Of a DNA stretch of 39,409 nt, positions 25,245 to 33,054 are shown piece by piece. Below the pieces are notes generated by a model, which was not told the origin of the DNA, did not search any database, and worked only from the letters and a program-made list of their open reading frames with translations. How positions within the stretch are numbered: position 1 is the stretch's first letter; the number at the start of each line of letters is the position of its first letter. The stretch is from an uncultured bacterium (GTDB lineage Bacteria > Armatimonadota > Zipacnadia > Zipacnadales > VGFC01): NCBI GenBank assembly GCA_965602825.1, contig CBFDAZ010000002.1:1-39409 (forward strand), in the 5' to 3' direction. Both the position numbers and the translations under genes were made by a program.

Positions 25245-25940
25245 CTACGGATGAGCGCCCGATGCAGTCCGTAGGTACTCAATGATCGCCCGGATGTCGT
25301 CCGGACTGGGCAGTGCATCCGCCTCGACGGCGTCACGGGAGGGCACTCCCATGTCTGCCGACGATTCGCCGTCGCTGTGTGCCGACAGCGGACTGGCCTC
25401 GCTCTGAGCGGTGGCGAGCTCCACGACACCGAGCTCGACCAGGTGCCCGAGGGCGGCGTATGCATCCTCCCAGTCCAGCCCGCTGCCCGCAGCGATCTCG
25501 CCCAAGGTGTGCCTGCCGTCAACGAGATCGAGCACGACCCTATCCGTCTGGGTCAGTTCGGCCGGGTCAGCCTTCGCGGCGTCGATCAAGTATGGCCTGG
25601 CAGTCGGTTGCCCGAGTAGCTTTTTGGCGTACGCCAGACCATCCAGGCGGCGCGCGGCGGACAGCAGGATCGATTGCACATCGTGCTCGATCGTCCGCTC
25701 GGGGGGCACCTCCTGGGCCTGGAAGTTGAATGACCCCGCGCGACGGGCGAGCAGACCGAACACCGCATCCTCGCCACGGTGGACCCCGTCAAAGGCGTCG
25801 ATGATCCTTCCCTTCTCGAGAACCAGTTCCGTCGTGTGCCCACTGTCGAGCACCCGCAGGATCCCGGTCTTCCCGCCCATGGCCAGGATCTGGAGTACAT
25901 CCTCAGGATCGGTTTCGCTTAGACTCCCACGAAGTGCCAA
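25245..25940 (-). CDS. DUF4388 / PATAN-domain protein
   Basis: LRGSLSETDPEDVLQILAMGGKTGILRVLDSGHTTELVLEKGRIIDAFDGVHRGEDAVFGLLARRAGSFNFQ matches the DUF4388 pattern (GxL....dllQ.l....tG.L.v......f..G.i..A.....G..A......w..G.F.F). TTG 25940 lies 7 nt after GAGGGA and 10 nt after the upstream stop. Confidence 0.6.
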   Translation of the reverse strand: MALRGSLSETDPEDVLQILAMGGKTGILRVLDSGHTTELVLEKGRIIDAFDGVHRGEDAVFGLLARRAGSFNFQAQEVPPERTIEHDVQSILLSAARRLDGLAYAKKLLGQPTARPYLIDAAKADPAELTQTDRVVLDLVDGRHTLGEIAAGSGLDWEDAYAALGHLVELGVVELATAQSEASPLSAHSDGESSADMGVPSRDAVEADALPSPDDIRAIIEYLRTASGAHP

Positions 25941-25950
25941 GGCAAATCCC

Positions 25951-26484
25951 TCACGCCTGATGGGGTGCGGACGACTCGCCCGCTTGCGGCCCCTCTTGAG
26001 TCGGTTCCTGCTTGAAGAACTCCCGGTCACCCAACTCCGGCACACCGGCCTTCACGCTGCGGCTGCGAATGCGCTCCATGACCGGGCGAAGACCGTTGGC
26101 CGCCTCCGAGGCGTACAGGCGCACCAGACCCAGTGTGGTCCGGTCGTCGAAGGCTGCCAGCAGAAGCGCCGCTTCGCCAACGACGGAGAGTTGCATGTTC
26201 TGGTCCTCACCCTCGTGGAAGAGCACCGTGAACGACTCCTCCCCGATCAGCTTGGCGACCTGCTCGGTGGCTGCGAAGGCCGCCGCGGAGAGGGCGGCCA
26301 GCTGGTCCCCGGTACCCTTGCGCGAGTAGCCACGCTCCGCGATGACCTGTCCGCTGCGGTCGATCAGGATCGCCATGCTCGCCCGTGAGGCCGCCAGAAA
26401 CGCATCCAGGCGCTCGGCAAGAGCGACGGCGTCTTCCTCGTAGATCACCAGACCCTCGAGACCTTCTAGACCTTCTAGAGACAA
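25951..26484 (-). CDS. Roadblock/LC7-domain protein, second MglB-like paralogue downstream of mglA
   Basis: AERLDAFLAASRASMAILIDRSGQVIAERGYS...LSAAAFAATEQVAKLIGEESFTVLFHEGEDQNMQLSVVGEAALLLAAFDDRTTLGLVRL follows the Roadblock alpha-beta-beta-alpha-beta pattern. TTG start with GGAGGTGA 6 nt upstream. Confidence 0.65.
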   Translation of the reverse strand: MSLEGLEGLEGLVIYEEDAVALAERLDAFLAASRASMAILIDRSGQVIAERGYSRKGTGDQLAALSAAAFAATEQVAKLIGEESFTVLFHEGEDQNMQLSVVGEAALLLAAFDDRTTLGLVRLYASEAANGLRPVMERIRSRSVKAGVPELGDREFFKQEPTQEGPQAGESSAPHQA

Positions 26485-26530
26485 GCCCGCTCACCTCCAC
26501 GGAGCCCGAACGCGGCCCGCGAGTTCGTAT

Positions 26531-27121
26531 CTATGCGGCTCTCAGTTTGGCCATCACCAGCTGGCATATGGCGTTGAGGCTATCGAAGACGCCCTTGCCC
26601 TCCGTCGCGATTGAGGCGAACGTCGGCTTCAGTTGCTCCTGTCGATTGAGGGTGTAGTCGAGATAGTGTCCGGGAGCGATGTTGGGCAGGTCCTGCTTGT
26701 TGTACTGCAGGATGTACGGGATGGAGTCAAGGCTGTACCCGTACTGGCTCAGGTTCTCGATCATGTTCGCAAAGCTCTGCAGGTTCTCTTTGGTACGGGA
26801 CCATTGCGAGTCGGCGACGAAGATGATTCCGTCAACACCCCGCAGCACGAGCCGACGAGTCGCGTTGTACACGACCTGTCCGGGGACAGTGTAGAGCTGG
26901 AACTTCGCGGTGAATCCCCCTACGTTCTGGGCCTCCAACGGCAGGAAGTCGAAAAACAGCGTCCGGTCGCCCTGGGTCGACAGCGAGACGAGACCGCCCT
27001 TATCCGTGGCGGGAATGTGCTGGTGGATGTACTCCAGGTTGGTGGTCTTCCCGCACATAGCGCACCCGTAGTAGACGACCTTGCAGGTAATCTCGCGTTG
27101 TGCGTAGTTGATCGACGCCAT
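26531..27121 (-). CDS. mglA: Ras-like GTPase MglA
   Basis: MASINYAQREITCKVVYYGCAMCGKTTNLEYI...DRTLFFDFLPL...FQLYTVPGQVVYNATRRLVLRGVDGIIFVADSQ...ILQYNKQDLP is near-colinear with Myxococcus MglA as I recall it. It includes the intrinsic Arg (DRTLFFDF), TVPGQ in place of DxxGQ, and NKxD. GGAGGA precedes ATG 27121. Confidence 0.9.
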   Translation of the reverse strand: MASINYAQREITCKVVYYGCAMCGKTTNLEYIHQHIPATDKGGLVSLSTQGDRTLFFDFLPLEAQNVGGFTAKFQLYTVPGQVVYNATRRLVLRGVDGIIFVADSQWSRTKENLQSFANMIENLSQYGYSLDSIPYILQYNKQDLPNIAPGHYLDYTLNRQEQLKPTFASIATEGKGVFDSLNAICQLVMAKLRAA

Positions 27122-27149
27122 GGTACTTGGTTCCTCCGCTGTCCTGCTC

Positions 27150-27593
27150 TCAGGCCGGCGTGCTGCTATCCTCATCGTCGGAGGCCGGCTGGCCCGCGTC
27201 TTCGGACGAACCCGCCTGTTGAGGCTCATCGGCGGAGGGCGTGTGCAGTTCCGTCGAGAGCACCTCGGCGGCTTTCTCCACCTCCATGCGCAGCAAGCCA
27301 GTGTTGGCCGCCTGGTCCGTGATGGCCACCACAAGGCCCCGCGCGGCGTCCGCCATCACCAGGTTGCCGCTCGCAGCGCCAAACATCGCCATCTGCATTT
27401 GCTCGCCGCCCGCGCTGCGTAACAGCTTCTTGGCAGTGCGGCCGATCTCCGCTGCCATGGCTGCGACCTGTTCATCCTCCGCTGCCCCAACGGCGCTCTG
27501 CGAGGCGATGTTGATGCCGTCGTAGGAGCAGAAGACAGCCGCCCGAACGCCAGCCACCCGTGTTACCTGATCCAGCACCTCGTCGATTCTCAC
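27150..27593 (-). CDS. mglB: Roadblock/LC7 protein in the canonical MglB position, with an acidic C-terminal tail
   Basis: IDEVLDQVTRVAGVRAAVFCSYDGINIAS...GNLVMADAARGLVVAITDQAANTGLLRMEVEKAAEVL is a Roadblock fold. Immediately upstream of mglA. GTG start with a GTGA overlap onto the upstream stop and a GGGAGAG SD. Confidence 0.7.
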   Translation of the reverse strand: MRIDEVLDQVTRVAGVRAAVFCSYDGINIASQSAVGAAEDEQVAAMAAEIGRTAKKLLRSAGGEQMQMAMFGAASGNLVMADAARGLVVAITDQAANTGLLRMEVEKAAEVLSTELHTPSADEPQQAGSSEDAGQPASDDEDSSTPA

Positions 27594-28582
27594 GGTGGGC
27601 TCTCCCGTTCGAACTGCGTGTTGTCAGGCGAGTCACACAACTCCGTTCCGGCCGGCGGGTCCGGCGGGCGGAGTTGCTCGGCCCGGGCCACGAGCACGGG
27701 GAGTATCACCTCCGCCACCTCGCGAGCCCCGGGCTCGGGTCCTATCAGGCATCCAGTGAGCCTTCCGCCGGGCACGGCCAGCAGTTCGTATCCTCCCAGG
27801 GCCGCGTGCAGCATGGACGGGGCCTCGGTGACGGGCCCAGCCAGTCGCCCCAGATCACGCACCAGTTCGGGCAAGACCGCGGCGACCCTCGATGCGTCCA
27901 GGCTCCTCGGCTCCACCGCCGCCACCACAAGCCCATCGCTCGTTGCCAGTAGTCCGCCCTCGCACCTGGCCGCCTGGGTTGCGAAGCGCACCAGTGTCTG
28001 GTGGTCGTCCGCCTGCAGTCGCTCGATCGCGCTGGCGTAGGTCGCCAGGCGCCCAGCGCGATCCGGCGCCTGCTCCGGCTCCCGGCACGTCGACACGGGA
28101 GGCGCCGGCAGATCCTCGGTCAGGGGGGGGCGCGGCGGATTCCCGTGGCGACCGACGGCGACGACGGGTTCGGGTTGGTCTCCCCAGGCCAACGACGACA
28201 CTCCGATGCTGTACCCCACCTGCAGCACCGCCATAGGCAGAGAGCCGGCTCCCGCCCAAAGGGCGACGTCCGTGGTGTCAGCAGGCGCCGAAGCCAAGGT
28301 GGCGCTCGCCAGACCCACCGTGACCCCCAACAGAGCATGGCCGAGCACCATGCTGCCCCACCACCGGATGAACATGCGGCCTCCCCTACCCCGGGAGCCA
28401 CGCCACGCCAGGGCCGCATAGAGCAGAGCGGCGGCCGCGCCCAGCACGCCCGCATTCACCGGCGGCAGGCTGCCCCCATCACGCACAGCGGACGATAGCT
28501 CGATGCCCAGCAGCAGTATGCCGATCGAGAGGCACGCGATCAGGCCGGCGGTTATCCCGCTACCGAGCCGCTCACCCGACAT
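27590..28582 (-). CDS. Membrane protein (about 4 TM) with a C-terminal Roadblock/LC7-like domain
   Basis: The N-terminal 150 aa are hydrophobic helices. The C-terminus LVRFATQAARCEGGLLATSDGLVVAAVEPRSLDASRVAAVLPELVRDLGRLAG...GGYELLAVPGGRLTGCLIGPEPGAREVAEVI fits the Roadblock pattern. 11-nt overlap with the upstream gene. Confidence 0.55.
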   Translation of the reverse strand: MSGERLGSGITAGLIACLSIGILLLGIELSSAVRDGGSLPPVNAGVLGAAAALLYAALAWRGSRGRGGRMFIRWWGSMVLGHALLGVTVGLASATLASAPADTTDVALWAGAGSLPMAVLQVGYSIGVSSLAWGDQPEPVVAVGRHGNPPRPPLTEDLPAPPVSTCREPEQAPDRAGRLATYASAIERLQADDHQTLVRFATQAARCEGGLLATSDGLVVAAVEPRSLDASRVAAVLPELVRDLGRLAGPVTEAPSMLHAALGGYELLAVPGGRLTGCLIGPEPGAREVAEVILPVLVARAEQLRPPDPPAGTELCDSPDNTQFERESPP

Positions 28583-31500
28583 CGCCGGGCATTCCTTCCT
28601 TGCGTGCTGAATCGTTGCACATCCTGACGATCTTGGCTGTCTCGGTGCCTACCAGTCCCGGGTTCATGCCCGGGGCGAAGCCTGCCACAACCAGCGCGCC
28701 GGCTCCCTCCGCCGGGGCCAGGCCGAGCGTTCGGGTCGATCCCATCACGAGCAACCGATCCGCACCCCCCGGCTGGGCCCGTTGGGCCGCCTTCCAGACC
28801 GCCTCCGACGCCGCCGCTGTCTCCGGCGTGGGCTGTGCCTCAAACCCGGACGCGACCACACCGAAGCCATCCTGACTGCGGAAGCCGCCTGCCTGTTGGC
28901 CGACGATTGCCGCGATTCGCCGCAGTCGCTCATCCTCTACCGGCTGCCCGTCGGGTGGGCCGGCCAGCGCGTCCTCGCAAGGCCTCTCTGCAATCTCGAC
29001 GGATTCGAGAACCGCCATGGCCTTTCGCGCTGCCACGGTGGCCTGTCCCGCGCTTGCGTTGTTGATTGCCACGACAAGCTGAGGCGCTCGCGGATTGTCC
29101 GGGCTGCCGACGAACGTGGTTGCTTGCGTACCGATCAGCAGTGCAGAACTGAAGCTGCCCGCGTCCGTATGGGCAACGATGTGTCGGCTGCTCCTGACCA
29201 ACTCCGCGAGGTTGTCGGCCTGTTCCGCGCTAATCTCAGGTGAACTGTGGGCGACCACGATTGAGGCGCCATTGGCCCAAAGAAGCTCCACTCCTCTGCA
29301 GTCAACGCCCTTGAGTGCGGCGCGGAGATCGTCCTCAATCCCGGCATCGATCGTGACCCGCGCCAGTTCGGGCTCTGCGAGGGGCGCTTCCTCCTCGGGG
29401 GCCGATGCCTGCTCTGCCATCGCCGGCTCGGGGGCGAGAGCCGCCTGGGGCTCATCGTAAGAGACCTGTGCGGGCGGTGCCTCCTCCTCAACCGGGCTTG
29501 TCTCTTGCTCGGCGGCAGGAGGCGGTTGGTGCTCCGACAGGGGCTGCAAGCTGGGAGGCGCCGCTTCGGCCGGAGCTTCCGCGTCAGACGCGGGCGCCGC
29601 CGGTGCGACATCAGCGGCCTCGTGCTCGGCGGAGGCCCTCTCTTCGGCCTCGTCTTCCTCCTCCTCCTCGGAGCGCTTCTTCTGGAGTGCGGCGATAGCC
29701 GATGAAATGACCTGCTCCCCGACTCGGTTGGGAGGGGTCTGCAGCAAGGGTGTCGCCGCGTCAGTCGGCGCTTCCTCCTCCGGCTGGTCCATCGGGTCTC
29801 GCGGTGGTGTGACGATGGGCGGCTGCGCTGCCTCCGACGGTTCGGGCAGCCGCTCCTCGCCGGTCTGGTCGGTTGGCGGTTGATCGGCAGCAGTCTCCGG
29901 CTCGCCAGGGCTCACGGTCACCGAGGGGGCGGCTTCCGGAATCTCCGCTGACACGGGGGCCGCGGCCGGTTCCTCCACCGGAGCCGGCTCCTCCTGAGTA
30001 TCGACCGCCAGCGCGGGTGAGGCAGGCGGCGCTGCCGCGACCGGTGCCTCCTCGGCTGGTGGTTGGGGAGCCGGCTCCTCCTGAGTATCGACCGGCGGCG
30101 GCGCGGGTGAGGCAGGCGGCACTGCCGCGACTGGGGCCTCCTCGGCCCGTGGTTGGGGAGCTGGCCCGTCGGAGTCTTCACGGAAGATGGGCGGCTCGTC
30201 GGTCAACGCCTCCGGTGCCGCCTGATCCGGGGGCGCAGCGAAGAAGTCCAATGGGAGTCGCGCGACGATCTCTGACAGCGGTAGCTCGATGCCCTCAGCC
30301 GGCAAAGTGTTCAGGAACTCGCCCGCTGAGGCAGCGAGGACCTCGCGGGGCATTTGGCCCAGTAAGGTGGCACCCGGCACTCGCACCTCGCCGCGCTCGA
30401 GTTGGGGAGCGATTGTCTCCCACTCAAACGAGAAGCTGCGCTCCGGCAGCCTTTCAACCACTTCCTCAGCCGGCCGGTTCAGTAGTTCGGCCGGCAGGAG
30501 GTCGAGTAACACCTCTCCCGGCAGCTTGAGGGCGCCGGTTGTCGTCGGGTCGGCGACGGGGACCGGCGGTTGGGCCTGATCTTCCGTCGGCTCGGCTACC
30601 GCGGCTTGCTCGGGAGTCACTTCAGCCACCGCAACGGGCTCTGCAGGGGTCTCGGCCGTTGGCGATGGTTCGGCGACCGGCTCGGCCTCGATCTGGACCG
30701 GCTCCTCAGGCTCCACTGGTTGGTCGATGGTCAGCTCCCCGAGCATCGGCGCGGTCGGAAGTGGCTCGCCGGGGGAGGGCTGCGGCTCAACCTCCGCCAC
30801 CGTTTCGGGCTCGTCCATGGATGAGGTGAGGACCGGCTCGGGCTGCGGCGTCACCAGCGGCGGCTCGGGTGCCGGCGGCGGGAACTCCCCGAGTTCCTCC
30901 ACAACCGGGGGGCCCTGCAGCAACTCGGCCGGCGGCGCCTGCACTGGCTCCATCGCGGGCGGCCCGGCCGTGTCCACTGGGGTCTCCGGCAGTTCGTCTT
31001 CCGGTGCCGTCTCGCGCTCCACACCGACAGCAGACGGCGCCTCCGGTATCGCCTCAGATGGCTCCGTCACCGGAAAGGTCGGGAGGGTCTCGGGGTGGCT
31101 GATCGGCTCCTGGATCGCTGAAGCCTCACCCGCGTGCGCCACCACCTCTGGCTCGACCACATCCGGCTGTTCGAGCTCTGGAGGCGGGGCCACGGGAGGA
31201 ACGGGCGCTTCGCCCGTCTCAGGCAGCGACGGCTGAGTCTCGGCTGGCGCTGGCTCCGCTGTGGCGACCTCCGTGGGTACCACAGCCTCGCCCCCCGACC
31301 GGTCGGACATCAGTTCCTCGAGCAACTCATCGTGGGAGCGTGTGGCGAACGGCGGCGGCGCAACCGGGACGGGTGCTTCCCGGTGTTCGACGGCCCGCCG
31401 CATGGCGATCACTCGGAAGCAGTAGACGGCCGCGGCAACACAAGCGATCTCGCCGATGGCGGCGGGCCAGTGAGCGGCCCAGAACAGCTTCAGTCCGCCG

Positions 31501-31844
31501 ATGAGGTCGCTCTCCCCGCCAACGACCAACAGCAGCGCGCACAGAGCCACCACAAAAAGCCGCATGAGCATCCCGACTGCGAGACGGCACAGAGCGTGGA
31601 TCAGATTGACGCGGGCGAGGGGGGGCAAGAATAGCGTCAGCGTGTAGGCCGAGACCTCCAGTCCCAGTATCGCCCCCCACCAGCGTTGCCAGTTGGGCTC
31701 AATGCGAACACTGCCCTCAACGACCAGGGCGGTGGAGATCGCGAGGGATGAGAAAAAGATCGCCCATACGGTCGGGCTCGCACCGGACGTCTCCGCATGT
31801 CCCCGCGCCCTTGACTCAGTGGCCACTGTTGTCTCCCTCCGCAT
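28572..31844 (-). CDS. 1090-aa membrane protein: N-terminal TM bundle, about 600-aa Pro/Glu/Ala-rich disordered region, two C-terminal Roadblock-like domains
   Basis: About 4 TM within residues 20-150. Long PE(A)-rich low-complexity tract with an internal tandem repeat. C-terminal LKGVDCRGVELLWANGASIVVAHSS...SSALLIGTQATTFVG...QLVVAINNASAGQATV and AGGFRSQDGFGVVASGFE...DRLLVMGSTRTLGLAPAEGAGALVVAGFAPGMNPGLV each fit the Roadblock pattern. The start is ATG 31844 or GTG 31826, the latter with GGAGGGAG 6 nt upstream. Confidence 0.6.
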   Translation of the reverse strand: MRRETTVATESRARGHAETSGASPTVWAIFFSSLAISTALVVEGSVRIEPNWQRWWGAILGLEVSAYTLTLFLPPLARVNLIHALCRLAVGMLMRLFVVALCALLLVVGGESDLIGGLKLFWAAHWPAAIGEIACVAAAVYCFRVIAMRRAVEHREAPVPVAPPPFATRSHDELLEELMSDRSGGEAVVPTEVATAEPAPAETQPSLPETGEAPVPPVAPPPELEQPDVVEPEVVAHAGEASAIQEPISHPETLPTFPVTEPSEAIPEAPSAVGVERETAPEDELPETPVDTAGPPAMEPVQAPPAELLQGPPVVEELGEFPPPAPEPPLVTPQPEPVLTSSMDEPETVAEVEPQPSPGEPLPTAPMLGELTIDQPVEPEEPVQIEAEPVAEPSPTAETPAEPVAVAEVTPEQAAVAEPTEDQAQPPVPVADPTTTGALKLPGEVLLDLLPAELLNRPAEEVVERLPERSFSFEWETIAPQLERGEVRVPGATLLGQMPREVLAASAGEFLNTLPAEGIELPLSEIVARLPLDFFAAPPDQAAPEALTDEPPIFREDSDGPAPQPRAEEAPVAAVPPASPAPPPVDTQEEPAPQPPAEEAPVAAAPPASPALAVDTQEEPAPVEEPAAAPVSAEIPEAAPSVTVSPGEPETAADQPPTDQTGEERLPEPSEAAQPPIVTPPRDPMDQPEEEAPTDAATPLLQTPPNRVGEQVISSAIAALQKKRSEEEEEDEAEERASAEHEAADVAPAAPASDAEAPAEAAPPSLQPLSEHQPPPAAEQETSPVEEEAPPAQVSYDEPQAALAPEPAMAEQASAPEEEAPLAEPELARVTIDAGIEDDLRAALKGVDCRGVELLWANGASIVVAHSSPEISAEQADNLAELVRSSRHIVAHTDAGSFSSALLIGTQATTFVGSPDNPRAPQLVVAINNASAGQATVAARKAMAVLESVEIAERPCEDALAGPPDGQPVEDERLRRIAAIVGQQAGGFRSQDGFGVVASGFEAQPTPETAAASEAVWKAAQRAQPGGADRLLVMGSTRTLGLAPAEGAGALVVAGFAPGMNPGLVGTETAKIVRMCNDSARKEGMPGDVG
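29981..30159 (-). repeat. Tandem duplication (88 + 91 nt) inside the giant gene
   Basis: gagccggctcctcctgagtatcgacc...ggttgggg occurs twice back to back (29981-30068 and 30069-30159) with a 3-nt indel and a few substitutions. It encodes EEAPVAA(V/A)PPASPA...VDTQEEPAP twice, in frame. Confidence 0.85.
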
Positions 31845-31868
31845 TGGCTGGCTAGCGCCGATCCTGGT

Positions 31869-32696
31869 CTAGTGCTGGAGTCTGGCCAGCAGATTCCTGG
31901 CCGCCTCGATCTGCATGTTCACCAGACCGAGCCTCGCCCTGGGCTTCGTCGCCACGACCAGAAGGCCCGGCTTGGCCGGAGCAAGGATGAAGGTGGCACG
32001 CTCGCTAAGCACGGTCGCGTGCTGGAGTGCCCCTAATTCCAGTTTTACCATGCATCTCTTGGCCAGTTGCCATGTTTCATTCGCCCTGGCGGAGAGCCCG
32101 GCTTCCACCGACTCCATCCCACCCCGGCTCCCAATGGCCAGACCGGTGTCGTCGACCCAGACTGCTCCCTCGACCCCCTCTGTCTCGATGAGTAGATCCA
32201 GAGCGCGCTGGATAGGCGCAGCCGCCCGCTCCTGGGCCTGGGGCTGCGAGGCCAGGGGCGCCGCGATCGGCACGGCTTCCTGACCACAGGCTTGCGCCAG
32301 GAGACCTCGCGCGGTTGAGTCGCCGGGAGCCAGGAACAGAGCGTGCTCCAGGTGCTCGCGAGCCTCGGCCGCCGCTCCACGCTCAAGCAATAGCCGCCCC
32401 AGAGCCACCCGGCAGACACGGTTGTGGGGTTCCGCGGCGATGACGGCTCGCAGCTCTGCCTCCTGCCGCTCCGAATCGCCCTGCGCCTCACAGACCTGGG
32501 CCAGGACGACCCGGGTCGTCGTGTACGCGGGGTAGCGCGCAATGCACTGTTCGCATACCGAGCGTGCCTCCAGCACACGCCCCTGCTTCAGGAGCAGCTC
32601 AGCCAACTGCGCGAACGTCAACGGGTCTTCCGTCCGCTGCAACTCAGCCGAGAGTTGGCGGATCAAATCGCCTTCGGATCGCGAACGCCTAGTCAT
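31869..32696 (-). CDS. TPR-repeat protein fused to a C-terminal Roadblock/LC7 domain
   Basis: N-terminal TPR-like hairpins (FAQLAELLLKQGRVLEARSVCEQCIARYPAY; GDSERQEAELRAVIAAEPHN; GAAAEAREHLEHALFLAPGD). C-terminus LIETEGVEGAVWVDDTGLAIGSRGG...ATVLSERATFILAPAKPGLLVVATKPRARLGLV is a Roadblock pattern. ATG 32696 is preceded by GGAGAGGAG. The track start at 32780 is less likely. Confidence 0.6.
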   Translation of the reverse strand: MTRRSRSEGDLIRQLSAELQRTEDPLTFAQLAELLLKQGRVLEARSVCEQCIARYPAYTTTRVVLAQVCEAQGDSERQEAELRAVIAAEPHNRVCRVALGRLLLERGAAAEAREHLEHALFLAPGDSTARGLLAQACGQEAVPIAAPLASQPQAQERAAAPIQRALDLLIETEGVEGAVWVDDTGLAIGSRGGMESVEAGLSARANETWQLAKRCMVKLELGALQHATVLSERATFILAPAKPGLLVVATKPRARLGLVNMQIEAARNLLARLQH

Positions 32697-32885
32697 GCTT
32701 CGGCGCTCCTCTCCCATGCGGCGAGTCTTACTGGGAACGCGGCCAGGGAACCAATGGCCGACATGTGCGCCCAAACGCACAGGTGCCGCGCTCCAATGAA
32801 CCGTCCGGAACCGAGCGGGAATCTACGTCACGAAGAGGAATGCGAATCGCCCTCAGTAGCGAGACGCTACAAAGGTCGATCACGT

Positions 32886-32972
32886 GAAGGTACCCGCTTC
32901 GGCTCTTGCTGCATTTTTTTGCTGTGTCGTAGACCGCGATTGTCGCCGTGTCGAAATGCTGTATGTACCTTC
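32886..32972 (-). other. Nested-helix structured segment within the long 5' leader of the Roadblock/mglA/pil block
   Basis: An 8-bp perfect inverted repeat, GAAGGTAC (32886-32893) and GTACCTTC (32965-32972), encloses a 6-bp pair GCATTT (32911-16) and AAATGC (32954-59) and a GCGA-ttg-TCGC hairpin. The segment also holds a T7/A7 run and two GTGTCG direct repeats. It is clearly AT-richer than its surroundings. Confidence 0.4.
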
Positions 32973-33012
32973 TCGGGCCAGGCCCCAGCGGTGCGGGGCC
33001 CGCAACAGCGGG

Positions 33013-33041
33013 ATCATACCACATGTCCGGGGCAAAGTAAA
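33013..33041 (-). promoter_or_regulatory. Candidate sigma70-type promoter with extended -10, facing the Roadblock/mglA/pil block
   Basis: On the - strand: TTTACT, then 17 nt, then TATGAT, with TGg immediately 5' of the -10 (tttactttgccccggacatgtggtatgat). The next downstream gene start is 32696. Confidence 0.5.
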
Positions 33042-33054
33042 CCTCTACAGGGCC

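Noticed and set aside
26531-27334. Extended versions of mglA (267 aa), the PATAN gene (25245..26045) and the Ras-like gene (24704..25522)
   Set aside because: The extensions are Arg/Pro-rich, overlap the upstream genes and lack an SD. Internal starts (27121, 25940, 25213) sit just after SD-like GGAGG motifs and align with the family N-termini.
32697-33005. c-di-GMP (GEMM-I) riboswitch in the long leader
   Set aside because: This was tempting given the pilus and GGDEF context. However, the conserved GGCAAACC and ACGCAAAGC-type blocks are absent. Only generic hairpins are visible.
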